Assembly: GCA_016699465.1 (NCBI GenBank)
Contig: CP064977.1
Span: 478,503 to 542,502 of the forward strand
Length of the DNA: 64,000 bases
From: Candidatus Campbellbacteria bacterium
Lineage (GTDB): Bacteria; Patescibacteriota; Minisyncoccia; Phycocordibacterales; EsbW-18
Direction of reading: 5' to 3'
Each line of letters starts with the position of its first letter. Position 1 is the stretch's first letter. Below, piece after piece: positions 1 to 9,248 of the stretch. Made by a program: the position numbers and the translations under genes. The notes beneath the pieces are model-generated. The model saw only the letters and a list, made by a program, of their open reading frames with translations. It was not told the DNA's origin and did no database searches.

Positions 1-135
1 GAGTGCCAGTGAGATTAACACCGCCAATCCAAGAACGCCGAACTCTTCCACTGGCATCATTGTTTGCATGTAAGCCATCACCGCAAAGACACTCCACAAT
101 CTCCAGAACAACACCCGACTCGTCGTAGTTTTCAT
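1..135 (-). CDS. Partial hydrophobic membrane protein. Only the N-terminal about 45 aa are present and the gene continues beyond the left window edge.
   Basis: Reverse-complement reading from ATG at about 133-135 gives MKTTTSRVLFWRLWSVFAVMAYMQTMMPVEEFGVLGLAVLISLAL. It is not in the ORF track because it is truncated by the window edge. Confidence 0.3.
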   Translation of the reverse strand, partial: MKTTTSRVLFWRLWSVFAVMAYMQTMMPVEEFGVLGLAVLISLAL

Positions 136-290
136 GGCTTTCCTTTCCCCGTTCACAGACGGGCGTTATGTTCTGGTTGTTTTATACAGCAAAGAGTGTT
201 GGGTGTCAATGACACCCAACACTCTTCCAAAATATGCTTCCTACTTTCTACATACTACCTCCTACTTCCTACATACTACTTTCTACCCTC

Positions 291-608
291 CTACTCTTCC
301 TTCTTCGCATCAAACCGATCAATCTTCAATCCTTTAAACACAAAATACACCACAGCGGCGATGATGCCGAAATCGATGAGCGCCGAAATGAAACTTCCCA
401 ACTTCACGACCCCAATGGACATATCGGCAAGTCCTGCGACATTTCCGAATATCAATCCAATAAGTGGGTTCACTACGTCTGTCACTAGTGATGTAACTAC
501 TTTTCCAACAGCTCCCCCAAGAATAAACCCGATAGCCAAACCAATAACTCCTTGCTCTCGAATGAATGTAATAAATCCAGTCATAGTATGCATAAGCTCA
601 AAATCCAA
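291..608 (-). CDS. mscL: Large-conductance mechanosensitive channel MscL
   Basis: The GFITFIREQGVIGLAIGFILGGAVGKVV...DFGIIAAVVYFVFKGL region has an MscL-like N-terminal helix and TM pattern. The true start is probably the internal Met at MTGF; the MDFEL extension is translated from an intergenic repeat. Confidence 0.85.
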   Translation of the reverse strand: MDFELMHTMTGFITFIREQGVIGLAIGFILGGAVGKVVTSLVTDVVNPLIGLIFGNVAGLADMSIGVVKLGSFISALIDFGIIAAVVYFVFKGLKIDRFDAKKEE

Positions 609-680
609 AGTACAAAATCCAAAAAATTTCTTTCTTTTTTGAGCTTTGTGCTTTGAGCTTCTAATTTAAATTTTTAATAA

Positions 681-1103
681 TTATTTAAAATTTTTATTAT
701 CCATCGCTTCATTTGCAAGTGCATCGGCTTCAGCATTCTGCGCACGTGGAATATGTTTGAATGTAACATTTGGAAACGGCAAAATAAGCGCGCCGACTTT
801 TGCAAATTGGAGCTTGAGACCCGCATCTTTCACTTTGTATTCGCGGCGAAGCTGTTTGATAACGAGTTCGCTGTCCATGCGAACCTCAACATGCACGTCT
901 CCCCGCTTCTGCTGTGGAACAATACATTCAAGCTCTTGAAACGCGCGAATGAGCGCCTCGTATTCAGCCTGATTGTTTGTTGTTTCTCCAATATACGCGT
1001 GGCCACGCTTTATTGTTTTTCCGTCCTCAACAATAACAAAACCGATTCCCGCAGGTCCTGGGTTGCCTCGCGCTCCGCCGTCTGTGTATACGATGTATTT
1101 CAT
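681..1103 (-). CDS. rnhA: Ribonuclease HI
   Basis: The YTDGGARGNPGPAGIGFVI motif and the type 1 RNase H catalytic residue pattern are present. Confidence 0.85.
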   Translation of the reverse strand: MKYIVYTDGGARGNPGPAGIGFVIVEDGKTIKRGHAYIGETTNNQAEYEALIRAFQELECIVPQQKRGDVHVEVRMDSELVIKQLRREYKVKDAGLKLQFAKVGALILPFPNVTFKHIPRAQNAEADALANEAMDNKNFK

Positions 1104-1211
1104 TTTTCTATTTTAGCATGCCCAAAAACGTGAAACCGCCCTGTACAGCGATGCGCAGGGCGGGAGGACTATGTCCTAAGATTTTGAGGCCCAGGACTTA
1201 GTGATTGAGTA

Positions 1212-1817
1212 CTACTTGCGATATCGAAGGACCCACTCGTCGTCGAGGTTGAGCTCTTTGCTCGGGCTGTACCAGGAGTCGACGTGCCCGAGCCCGTCCC
1301 CGACGAGCTCGACGATGTGCACGAACGAAGCGCCCATCGAGATAATAATGCTCTTCGTCGCGACTCGAATCGACTCGCCCTTGGGCTGATCGTCGTAGGC
1401 CAGACGAAGTGCCGAACCGACTTCGGTCGGACAAGGCTCTAATCCGAGCTTCAGGATACGCACGATGAACATGTCGAAGCGTGGCGACTTGGTAAAGCCG
1501 ACACTCCGCGGAGTAACCCTTACGAGGTGGATGTCCTCCGCTCCATCATAGACACTCCGATCAGCAACACCGAGTGCATCGAGGTATCCCTTCACACCTA
1601 AGTGGTCGCCGATCCGGATGGTCTTCCAGACGGTAAAAACCTTCACCGCCTTCACCCCACACAGTTCACCGCGGTTGAACTTCTTGAGCTCCTCTATGAC
1701 GCGCACTCCTTCGGAGCCCGCAAGTTTCTCCGCGAGAGTCATGAGCGTGCCGAGGTACTCCTTCGGGACTCTCATGATCCATTCGATGAGACGGCCGAGC
1801 ATGTCATGATACGACAC
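1212..1817 (-). CDS. Hypothetical protein, GC-rich, compositionally atypical
   Basis: A 201 aa ORF with a GTG start preceded by AAAAGGAG at 6 nt spacing. Local GC is clearly above that of its neighbours. Confidence 0.5.
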   Translation of the reverse strand: MSYHDMLGRLIEWIMRVPKEYLGTLMTLAEKLAGSEGVRVIEELKKFNRGELCGVKAVKVFTVWKTIRIGDHLGVKGYLDALGVADRSVYDGAEDIHLVRVTPRSVGFTKSPRFDMFIVRILKLGLEPCPTEVGSALRLAYDDQPKGESIRVATKSIIISMGASFVHIVELVGDGLGHVDSWYSPSKELNLDDEWVLRYRK

Positions 1818-1882
1818 GGTCTGCTCCTTTTCTCTATCCCGAGAGCGGAACGCCGTCGGGTACTTCTGCAGAAAATCTACAT

Positions 1883-3664
1883 TTATTCTTTGTGGATGTC
1901 AACAATCCTCAATCGGATGCCGTTCGTGTATCCAAATGTTTCTTTTTCCATAGAAGCAAGAAGTGTAATGGACTGCCCTGCCGACACACGTTCCAAGGTT
2001 TCGTTTCCCTTTGCAAAAAACTTCACAGCAGAAATCATTTTTCCTCCCGAGGTCTTAAAGAGTAATTTGAGATGTTGTTTTTCTTTTCCAAACATTTCAA
2101 TCCTATCAACAAGTATGTTTTCAAATGCAAACACAGGCTTTGGATTACCTGCCCCAAATGGCGCAAGGTGAGAAATACTTTCGTATACTTCTCGTGTCAC
2201 ATCATCGAGAGAAAGCACTGCATCAACGGTCATTTTTTCCTCAGATACTTCCTTAGACGCCAATTTTGTATGTGCATCTGAAAGTGCGGCCTCCAGAAGC
2301 ATAAGATTTTCAACTGTAATAGAAAACCCGCCCGAGTATTTGTGTCCTCCAAATTCAAGAAACAAGTGTCGCACCTCACTCATTAATTCCATCGCACCAA
2401 CACGACCATCAGATCGTACTGAACCTTTAATCACTGACGCATCGCCTCGCCCCCACACAAAGGCACTTTTTCCATACGCTTCCACTACGTGTGTTGCAGC
2501 AAGCCCAAGCAATCCCGGACGCCAGTGTGTATTCCCCACGACAATAACCGGAAGTTCATGCGGTGTTTCTTCAAACTTTTGTTTTATCTCTTTACTCATC
2601 TGCGCCACCGCGCCCTTTCGTTCGTTGTTAATAGAATCCAAGTGGCGCACGAGATTTTCTGCCTCAGTGAGGTTCGTTGTTGAGAGAAGTTGAAAGGCCG
2701 CCTCAGGTTCGTCCATACGCGATGCAGCGTTAATACGCGGGGTAATCATAAATACAACGTCATCCTCAGTCAGTGAATACTGTTTCATTCGGAGGTGCGA
2801 CAACAGTGTGCGAATACCAAGGCGTGGTGATTTTTTTAGCACTAAAAGTCCGTAGTGCGCAAAGACACGATTTTCTCCTGTCAGTGACACCATGTCAGAG
2901 AGCGTTGCAATACCCACCATGTCGAGTAACCATTTCTCCCAACCAATAGGAATGTCTTTTTTTGCCTTCAATAAGAGCGCTTGCGCAATTTTGAAAGCAA
3001 CACCTGCTCCACAAAGGTTTTTGTTTGGATACTCGTCTCCCTCTTGGTTTGGATTTACAATCGCATACGCTTTTGGCACGTCGTGATTTTGCATGTGGTG
3101 ATCGGTAATGATGACATCAATACCCGCATCCATCGCCCGAGCAACGTGCACCACATCTCCCATTCCACAATCAAGTGTGATAACGAGCCCAACCTTCTTG
3201 TCAATGAATGTTGAAATAGCATCTTCATTGAGTCCAAACCCTTCTGTGTTGCGGTGTGGGATGGTGACAGAGAAATTTTCATATCCTATTTTCTTCAAGA
3301 GGTCATGCATCACCACAGCAGACGGAATACCGTCGGCATCAAAATCAGAAAAGAGAGCGATATGTTCGTTACGCTCTACAGCCGACAGAATACGCTCAAT
3401 CGCTTTTTTCATGTCTCGCAACAAAAATGGATCATGCCCATCGTGGTCATATCGCGGTGAAAGAAAAGCATGGGCACCCTCTTTTGTCCTAATACCACGG
3501 TGAAATAGGAGTTTTTGAATAAGCTCGGAATACTCAGCAAGTTGCCCCCGTGTCTCCTTGTCTGGATTTTCAGCAACTATATACTTCTGTACCTGTTGGT
3601 TATTCATGGAATTGTTAGTATACCACCCCACCACTCTAGACTTTGTACCGATATATCGGTACAA
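1883..3664 (-). CDS. recJ: Single-stranded-DNA-specific exonuclease RecJ
   Basis: The DHH/DHHA1 pattern DFDADGIPSAVVMHDLL...ITDHHM is present. The likely real start is the internal Met (MNNQQVQK) near 3607, because the first 19 codons are translated from the upstream palindrome. Confidence 0.9.
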   Translation of the reverse strand: MYRYIGTKSRVVGWYTNNSMNNQQVQKYIVAENPDKETRGQLAEYSELIQKLLFHRGIRTKEGAHAFLSPRYDHDGHDPFLLRDMKKAIERILSAVERNEHIALFSDFDADGIPSAVVMHDLLKKIGYENFSVTIPHRNTEGFGLNEDAISTFIDKKVGLVITLDCGMGDVVHVARAMDAGIDVIITDHHMQNHDVPKAYAIVNPNQEGDEYPNKNLCGAGVAFKIAQALLLKAKKDIPIGWEKWLLDMVGIATLSDMVSLTGENRVFAHYGLLVLKKSPRLGIRTLLSHLRMKQYSLTEDDVVFMITPRINAASRMDEPEAAFQLLSTTNLTEAENLVRHLDSINNERKGAVAQMSKEIKQKFEETPHELPVIVVGNTHWRPGLLGLAATHVVEAYGKSAFVWGRGDASVIKGSVRSDGRVGAMELMSEVRHLFLEFGGHKYSGGFSITVENLMLLEAALSDAHTKLASKEVSEEKMTVDAVLSLDDVTREVYESISHLAPFGAGNPKPVFAFENILVDRIEMFGKEKQHLKLLFKTSGGKMISAVKFFAKGNETLERVSAGQSITLLASMEKETFGYTNGIRLRIVDIHKE

Positions 3665-3666
3665 AG
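3639..3666. promoter_or_regulatory. 28 bp perfect palindrome ACTTTGTACCGATATATCGGTACAAAGT, a candidate operator
   Basis: A perfect inverted repeat sits between the TrpR-like gene stop and the recJ start. Its 20 bp core TGTACCGATATATCGGTACA is repeated exactly at 4081-4100 and 49141-49160. Confidence 0.55.
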
Positions 3667-4074
3667 TTATTTTTCAGTTAACCGGTATATTCTATGCCAT
3701 CGACCCCGACCTTGCGGTGGAAGACCTGCACGTAACATATATTCAATATCTTTCCAAAAATGCAAATTTCTCTTTTCAAGAAAGCAAACAAGTTGAGCGA
3801 TTCTTTTAAATTCCGTTGCTGCAGAAAACCGTTGGGCCGTTGAAATACTCAGACCAAGAATCTCACTCACCCTTCTCACCGGAACACCTTTTGATAACAA
3901 GTGAATTGCGGCAAGACGTTTTGCAAGCATAATTCGTTCGGTTTTTGTAAGCAGTCCGTGCACTAATAAAAGCGCATCCTTTGTTTCATTGGCACGAGAT
4001 ACGTTATGCACCAAATCACGAAAAATCGTTTGAAGAACTTTCTCGGAAATCTTTTTTCTTGAAACGTGCGGCAT
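3667..4074 (-). CDS. TrpR/YerC-family helix-turn-helix regulator
   Basis: The C-terminal part of the 218 aa track ORF starts at MPHVSRKK. It contains LLTKTERIMLAKRLAAIHLLSKGVPVRRVSEILGLSISTAQRFS, which fits the Trp-repressor/YerC HTH pattern. The upstream part of the ORF is low-complexity read-through. Confidence 0.6.
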   Translation of the reverse strand: MPHVSRKKISEKVLQTIFRDLVHNVSRANETKDALLLVHGLLTKTERIMLAKRLAAIHLLSKGVPVRRVSEILGLSISTAQRFSAATEFKRIAQLVCFLEKRNLHFWKDIEYMLRAGLPPQGRGRWHRIYRLTEK

Positions 4075-4080
4075 ACATAA

Positions 4081-4100
4081 TGTACCGATATATCGGTACA
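4081..4100. promoter_or_regulatory. 20 bp perfect palindrome TGTACCGATATATCGGTACA, a candidate autoregulatory operator
   Basis: It begins 7 bp upstream of the ATG of the TrpR/YerC-like gene, in the region divergent from the HIT gene. Confidence 0.55.
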
Positions 4101-4185
4101 GACTAATATAAAGTAGTAAACTAAAGGAAATATAAAGAACGTGGTCTTGTATTGAACCATATAAAAAGACTATACTAATCGGTAT

Positions 4186-4590
4186 ATGACAGACTGTATT
4201 TTTTGCAAAATCGTTTCGGGAGAGATTCCTGCAGAAAAAGTGTATGAGGACGAACACACTCTCGCCTTTTTGGACCTTCACCCGAGCAATCCAGGTCACA
4301 CACTTGTTGTACCAAAAGAACATTCACGCAACGTGTTGGATAGTCACCCAGATACCCTTACACACATGATTCATACTGCACAAAAAATTGCCGTGGTCTT
4401 AAAAAATATTGGAGCTGAAGGAGTCAATATCATTTCAAATAATGAAACCGCTGCAGGCCAGGTAATCTTTCACACACACCTGCATATCATTCCCCGCTAC
4501 ACAGATGACGGACTCGCACTATGGCATGGAAAACCATATCCTGAAGGTGAAATAGAAAAGATGGGAGAAAAAATACGGAATGCTCTCTAG
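4186..4590 (+). CDS. HIT-family (histidine triad) nucleotide hydrolase
   Basis: CIFCKI...FHTHLHIIP carries the HxHxHxx histidine triad. Confidence 0.85.
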   Translation: MTDCIFCKIVSGEIPAEKVYEDEHTLAFLDLHPSNPGHTLVVPKEHSRNVLDSHPDTLTHMIHTAQKIAVVLKNIGAEGVNIISNNETAAGQVIFHTHLHIIPRYTDDGLALWHGKPYPEGEIEKMGEKIRNAL

Positions 4591-4603
4591 GTAGGTACAA
4601 ACA

Positions 4604-4642
4604 AGCCCCGTTCCGCACGAATGCGGAACGGGGCTTTGTATT
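4604..4642. terminator. Bidirectional intrinsic terminator
   Basis: AGCCCCGTTCCGCA-cgaa-TGCGGAACGGGGCT is a 14 bp perfect stem followed by TTTGTATT. It lies between convergent genes. Confidence 0.6.
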
Positions 4643-4683
4643 CAACAGGTCTGGAATCTCGAAGGCAGGTCACCCAGAACCAC

Positions 4684-4968
4684 CTAAGGTTCCTTGGACA
4701 ACTCCCTGTTCGGCGAACCCCCATCGGAAAAAATGGGAGACCTCTCCGGAACCTCGACGCCGCAAATGGTATCGAGAACACTCTCGCCTGTCACCGGCTG
4801 CTCAACCTTCCGAAGCAGTCCCGGCGCATCGGCAAGAAGGACGCCGAGCTCCTCGCGACTCAGGCGGACAGTTCCACCATTGTCGTCCGCGATCACGAAG
4901 AAGCCTTCGTCATACGCGAGTGTCGGACAACAATCCGACGAATGACACAGGGTAATCGCGAATTTCAT
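4684..4968 (-). CDS. Hypothetical small protein, GC-rich, with a strong RBS
   Basis: A 94 aa ORF starting MKFAITL, preceded by AGAAAGGGGGTGGA before the ATG. GC is high and the gene is not conserved-looking. Confidence 0.45.
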   Translation of the reverse strand: MKFAITLCHSSDCCPTLAYDEGFFVIADDNGGTVRLSREELGVLLADAPGLLRKVEQPVTGESVLDTICGVEVPERSPIFSDGGSPNRELSKEP

Positions 4969-5177
4969 TCCACCCCCTTTCTGCACACCGCACTGGTGTG
5001 CGCTGTTGTATACGACTCTTCTGTTGCGGAGAATACCTGAAAAATAAAATCCTGTCAAAGCGAAAGGCCCCGAAGGGCCTTGAAACGGACATCTTCACGG
5101 GGCATAGCATGCTCCTTTCGTCGTACTCCACACCTGCCCTTCTTCCATAAAAGATACTACGCTCTCCTTTTTGTAAG

Positions 5178-6302
5178 TCAATCTTTGAGTGCGTCAATTC
5201 CGGGAAGTGTTCCTTGTGCCAAGAATTCCAACATGGCCCCACCCGCAGATGATGTAAATGTAAACGTTCCCGAAATATGCCCCTCAGCAAGTACTGCATC
5301 TGTGTCGCCACCACCAACAATACTTTCGGCGCGCGATGACGCAATAGCACGAGCACACTCTTGTGTTCCAACAGAAAATCCTTTTTCATACAATCCAAGT
5401 GGGCCATTCCACAATACAAATGCAGCACTAGAAACCACCTGTGCGAGGTGTGCGAGTGTTTCTGGGCCAGCATCCACAATGGTGTCATCTGGGCCAAGTG
5501 CTTCCGGCGTAAGCACGTGCTCTTTCCCATCTACACCAAGTGTGAGGACATCTGTGTACGTCGACACGTGCGGCATTGCCACAATAGTTCGAAGTACTTC
5601 CTCATTCACGGACGCAACTCGAGATGTTCCCACAGAAAATCCTTTTGTTTTAAGTAGCGAGTTTCCCGACACACCAAACACAAAAACACTATCCATATGT
5701 GGAGCAAGAGCGGTAATAATCGGAAGTTTTGTTTCAGGTTTTGCACCTCCCACAATAAGAACAGCTGGGTGCTGTGGATGAAATGCTTCAGAGAGGTGCT
5801 CATACTCTTCTGCAAAACGTATACCCATATAGCTTGGAATGTAGTGTGGAACGCCAACGATTGATGCGTGCACGCGATGCGCAGAGGTAAAATCATCATT
5901 TACAAATATATCAGCAAGCCCAGCAAGTTTTTGTGCAAACGCTTCATCATTTTTTTCTTCTTCTGGAAATTGACGAATATTTTCAAGACACACAATATCT
6001 CCATCCTGCATATGCTCCAGCTTCTCTTTTCCCACCTCATCAAATGGCGATTCCAGAAACGAGACCGGCACGTGTTGTGCAAGAATATCTGCGACTGGTT
6101 TTAATGATTCACCTTCTACAGACACGTGTCCTACGAGAATTGTTTTAGCACCCTTTCCTTTTAAAAAACGGAGTGTTGGAAGATTTCCTAAAGCTCGCGA
6201 CGTGTCAGCAACACTTCCCCGCTCCATGGGAACATTTAAATTTGCACGAACCAACACACGCGTGCCCGGTAAAATTGTTGCTTCGGTAATAGATTTCAAC
6301 AT
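5178..6302 (-). CDS. pgk: Phosphoglycerate kinase
   Basis: Full-length PGK signature, including the RANLNVP N-terminal region and the GGGDT..A..EG C-terminal motifs. Confidence 0.95.
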   Translation of the reverse strand: MLKSITEATILPGTRVLVRANLNVPMERGSVADTSRALGNLPTLRFLKGKGAKTILVGHVSVEGESLKPVADILAQHVPVSFLESPFDEVGKEKLEHMQDGDIVCLENIRQFPEEEKNDEAFAQKLAGLADIFVNDDFTSAHRVHASIVGVPHYIPSYMGIRFAEEYEHLSEAFHPQHPAVLIVGGAKPETKLPIITALAPHMDSVFVFGVSGNSLLKTKGFSVGTSRVASVNEEVLRTIVAMPHVSTYTDVLTLGVDGKEHVLTPEALGPDDTIVDAGPETLAHLAQVVSSAAFVLWNGPLGLYEKGFSVGTQECARAIASSRAESIVGGGDTDAVLAEGHISGTFTFTSSAGGAMLEFLAQGTLPGIDALKD

Positions 6303-6311
6303 ATGAATACT

Positions 6312-7073
6312 CTACAGTTCTAACGCGGCAAGCATATCCGCAACATTACGTGCAACAAGACTTGCTCGCCCAACAAGAACACCTTGTACCGTTCCCTCAT
6401 GAACAATACGTGCAATATTATGTGGCTCAACTGAACCGCCATACAAAATGGGAACCGTCATCCCAGTCGCACGACCATACATGCGTGAAAGTATTTTTCG
6501 TATAAACAGTGTTGATTCATGCACATCACTTGGATTCATGGCATACAATGAAGCCTTACCAATTGCCCATACTGGCTCGTACGCAATAATCACTTTTGCT
6601 ATTTTTGCCTTTGAAATACCTTTCAAGGATTCTCGGAGTTGCTCTTCAATAACGGCAAGATGCTCTCCATGTTCTCCGCGCTCATGTTCTCCAACGCACA
6701 CAATAGGCGTCAGTCCCGCAGCAAGTACTTCACGCGTCTTATGAGCAACCTGTGTGGGTGTCTCACCACCCGCGCGTCGTTCTGAATGCCCTACAATGAC
6801 GTATCGCACACCAACACTCTTCAGCATTGCCGTTGAAACTTCTCCTGTGTGTGCCCCATCAGAAAAAACAGAAACATCTTGTGCTCCAAGAAAAACAAAA
6901 CCGTCACTTTTATTCGAGCAACTCACACAAAACGGTGTTGGTGGACAGACAACAACACTTGTCTTTTTTATTTTTCGAGCATATTTTTTTGTTGCACTCC
7001 ATAGTGCAACTGCCTCACGCGCTGACGAAGGATTCATCTTCCAATTTGCTACAAAAAGTAATTTCATAGGCAC
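6312..7073 (-). CDS. tpiA: Triosephosphate isomerase
   Basis: FVANWKMN, the catalytic region VIVGHSERR and the AYEPVWAIG motifs are present. Confidence 0.95.
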   Translation of the reverse strand: MPMKLLFVANWKMNPSSAREAVALWSATKKYARKIKKTSVVVCPPTPFCVSCSNKSDGFVFLGAQDVSVFSDGAHTGEVSTAMLKSVGVRYVIVGHSERRAGGETPTQVAHKTREVLAAGLTPIVCVGEHERGEHGEHLAVIEEQLRESLKGISKAKIAKVIIAYEPVWAIGKASLYAMNPSDVHESTLFIRKILSRMYGRATGMTVPILYGGSVEPHNIARIVHEGTVQGVLVGRASLVARNVADMLAALEL

Positions 7074-7097
7074 TTATTGTACCACGAAGCCCACATC

Positions 7098-8498
7098 CTA
7101 CTCGATTTCCTCCCACGAAATAGTCACATATTGGTCGGCCGTCAATGGGAACGATGGTGGTGGTGCATAGAGAAGGTTTGCATCATAAATATAATTACGA
7201 GTCGCATACCCGTCAGGGTCATACCAAAAGCCCGAACGTTGGTTTGTTCCCAACATACCATACGTGGTAAGAAGTGTACGCGCGTGGTTTGGAGAACACC
7301 CTGTAGAATAACTATATCTACCAATTCTCCCGTTTTGAGCAATAATCGCAGCATCTATACGCAAATCATCTTCACTTACCAAACCAACATTGAAGTCTCC
7401 TTGTGCAATCAAACCAATGACATCAGATCCATCATAGCGAGTATACCGAATATCATTGGTAACATTAATATTTTTTCTTGTTGACGGATTATCTGGAAAA
7501 CGAGCAGCGCCAATAGTTAAACGCGCGCCATCAATTGTTCCATTTATCCACACATGATCTTCAACAAAAATGAGACCATTCGTTGGAAATGCATAATTGG
7601 CGACAAAGGTTTCTCCACCACTCTTAATACTCAATGTTCCACACCCTGTCCCCGTACACGAACAACCATTCTTTGAGTACATGGTATTTACCTTATACAA
7701 ATCAAACGTGTCATTTGTCTTGAGAACAATGTGATATCCCAACACCCCCGATGCTGCAAAATATCGTCCCGCTGATTGCGCTGCACTTTTTATTAGAGAC
7801 AAATCAGAAACAATTCCCGTAAAATCAACTGCAGGTACCGGAAACTGTCGTCCCGCCTTAAATACATCTGAACGATTTGGAACCGCCGACGGAGGAAGTG
7901 GGTCTACAGGCGTACTGTGGGTATGTACCCCAAACTCTTTTGCTCCCGTATGATCAGGGTCATCAAACGTCGACGTCGCACTCGTTACTAAGTTGTACGC
8001 GACACCGTCAAAACGAAGTCCTGTGTTTGAATGAATCGGGCCGTACACATTTGCCGTTGATCCAAAGTTTACAAAGCTATTCAGCACCCACGCGTACTTT
8101 GCAAATGATGGAATTGCAAAAAGAACTTCAACAGTTCGAGAAATTGTTGGTTCTGCAAGTGTAGACCCTGTCGAGCGCACCCGCACAATCGTCGAACCAA
8201 CTGTCGGCGGTGTAATGGTAAGTGAAAAATGCCCAATAACATCACCTTCTTTGTTACGAAATTCGTGTATGTACGGTCCTGATGTTGCCGTTCCGTCTCG
8301 ATAATCAGTAGGCGCATGTGCTAAATGCCAACGATAATAATCAATACCAGCTTCCGCAATATGAAAAGAAAGTTCTCGAGACGTTGCCGTTCGCAATACA
8401 CGCGCATTTGTTCCAGCCCACGAAACAAGTCCTGTGAGCATTACAATACCAAGAGACGCAAGAACCAAAACAGTCACCAGCATTTCTCCTTTTGACAT
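7098..8498 (-). CDS. Secreted or membrane-anchored protein in the pilus cluster, possibly a pilus-associated adhesin or minor pilin
   Basis: A large protein with an N-terminal TM/signal segment (MSKGEMLVTVLVLASLGIV). It sits in an operon with the prepilin genes. There is no clear GFxxxE prepilin motif, so the role is inferred from context. Confidence 0.45.
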   Translation of the reverse strand: MSKGEMLVTVLVLASLGIVMLTGLVSWAGTNARVLRTATSRELSFHIAEAGIDYYRWHLAHAPTDYRDGTATSGPYIHEFRNKEGDVIGHFSLTITPPTVGSTIVRVRSTGSTLAEPTISRTVEVLFAIPSFAKYAWVLNSFVNFGSTANVYGPIHSNTGLRFDGVAYNLVTSATSTFDDPDHTGAKEFGVHTHSTPVDPLPPSAVPNRSDVFKAGRQFPVPAVDFTGIVSDLSLIKSAAQSAGRYFAASGVLGYHIVLKTNDTFDLYKVNTMYSKNGCSCTGTGCGTLSIKSGGETFVANYAFPTNGLIFVEDHVWINGTIDGARLTIGAARFPDNPSTRKNINVTNDIRYTRYDGSDVIGLIAQGDFNVGLVSEDDLRIDAAIIAQNGRIGRYSYSTGCSPNHARTLLTTYGMLGTNQRSGFWYDPDGYATRNYIYDANLLYAPPPSFPLTADQYVTISWEEIE

Positions 8499-8547
8499 GT
8501 GGTGTAGAGCGCGACCTTTGTGCTGTGTAGAAAAAAAGTGCATCGTA

Positions 8548-9189
8548 TTATAAGTTATCTTTAATGGTCCGAACAGAAACCTGTGTGGTACCAACAAGTG
8601 GTGGCAACGCATCGTTGATATCATCATCCACCACAACAGTTATCTTTACAAGACGAATACTTGAAGCAGATACTGGTTGTGTAAGTGGTGTTGTTGTTCC
8701 CGCATAGTTTGTATCATAGTACGAAAAGATCGGTGTGCTTGTCGCTCGTACATTTTTGACCATAGTCCGCACCGTTTCACTACCCGTATATCCAAGCGGG
8801 GTCCCCGACGGCTTGAGTATTCCCTTCTTTAAATCTGTTCCCTGAAGAAAGTATCGTATTTGCTCTTTGAGCCCGTCGTTATCTCTATCAACATAAAACG
8901 ACAATGTAGAATCAGTCGTTGTAGCAAGCACGTATGATCCAACACTACTTGCTGACGCAGAACGAAGCTCCGCACTCACGCGTCTCAGTATCACCTGCAA
9001 CTCTTGCTGAATTTGTAACCGACCCTGTGCCGTTCGTGACGAAGAAAAAATATCAATAAACAGCGTCCACACTGAAATACCAATCACCACGCTAATAGCA
9101 ATAACCACGAGTATCTCAGGAAGACTGAATCCGGTACTAAACGATCGTCTTTTTCTGTAATATTTTTTTATAATGAAAGAAAGTACCAT
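8548..9189 (-). CDS. Prepilin-type N-terminal cleavage/methylation domain protein (type IV pilin or pseudopilin)
   Basis: The FSTGFSLPEILVVIAISVVIG class III signal is present. Confidence 0.75.
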   Translation of the reverse strand: MVLSFIIKKYYRKRRSFSTGFSLPEILVVIAISVVIGISVWTLFIDIFSSSRTAQGRLQIQQELQVILRRVSAELRSASASSVGSYVLATTTDSTLSFYVDRDNDGLKEQIRYFLQGTDLKKGILKPSGTPLGYTGSETVRTMVKNVRATSTPIFSYYDTNYAGTTTPLTQPVSASSIRLVKITVVVDDDINDALPPLVGTTQVSVRTIKDNL

Positions 9190-9248
9190 AGAAACATATT
9201 GCTTAATGCTGGATAACTTCTTTTGCAGTACGTGTGCTCATAGTCATA

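Noticed and set aside
196-222. Hairpin AGAGTGTTGGGTGTCA-a-TGACACCCAACACTCT downstream of mscL considered as a regulatory RNA
   Set aside because: It is more simply a rho-independent-type terminator between convergent genes. It has a weak T tract and so was not listed as a confident feature.
64-642. 192 aa plus-strand ORF at the left edge
   Set aside because: It lies antisense to mscL and to a partial membrane gene. It is translated largely from low-complexity CTACATACTAC repeats and has no domain signal.
4015-4026. Apparent A6 run at the line boundary inside the TrpR/YerC-like gene, which in my manual translation would shift the frame
   Set aside because: The supplied ORF track translates straight through, and the translation resumes in frame immediately after. 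This is most likely my counting error, so the gene is treated as intact.
4910-5781. ORFs 4910-5530 (minus) and 5080-5781 (plus)
   Set aside because: Both overlap the well-supported pgk gene out of frame or antisense. Their composition is repetitive (Ser/Cys-rich).
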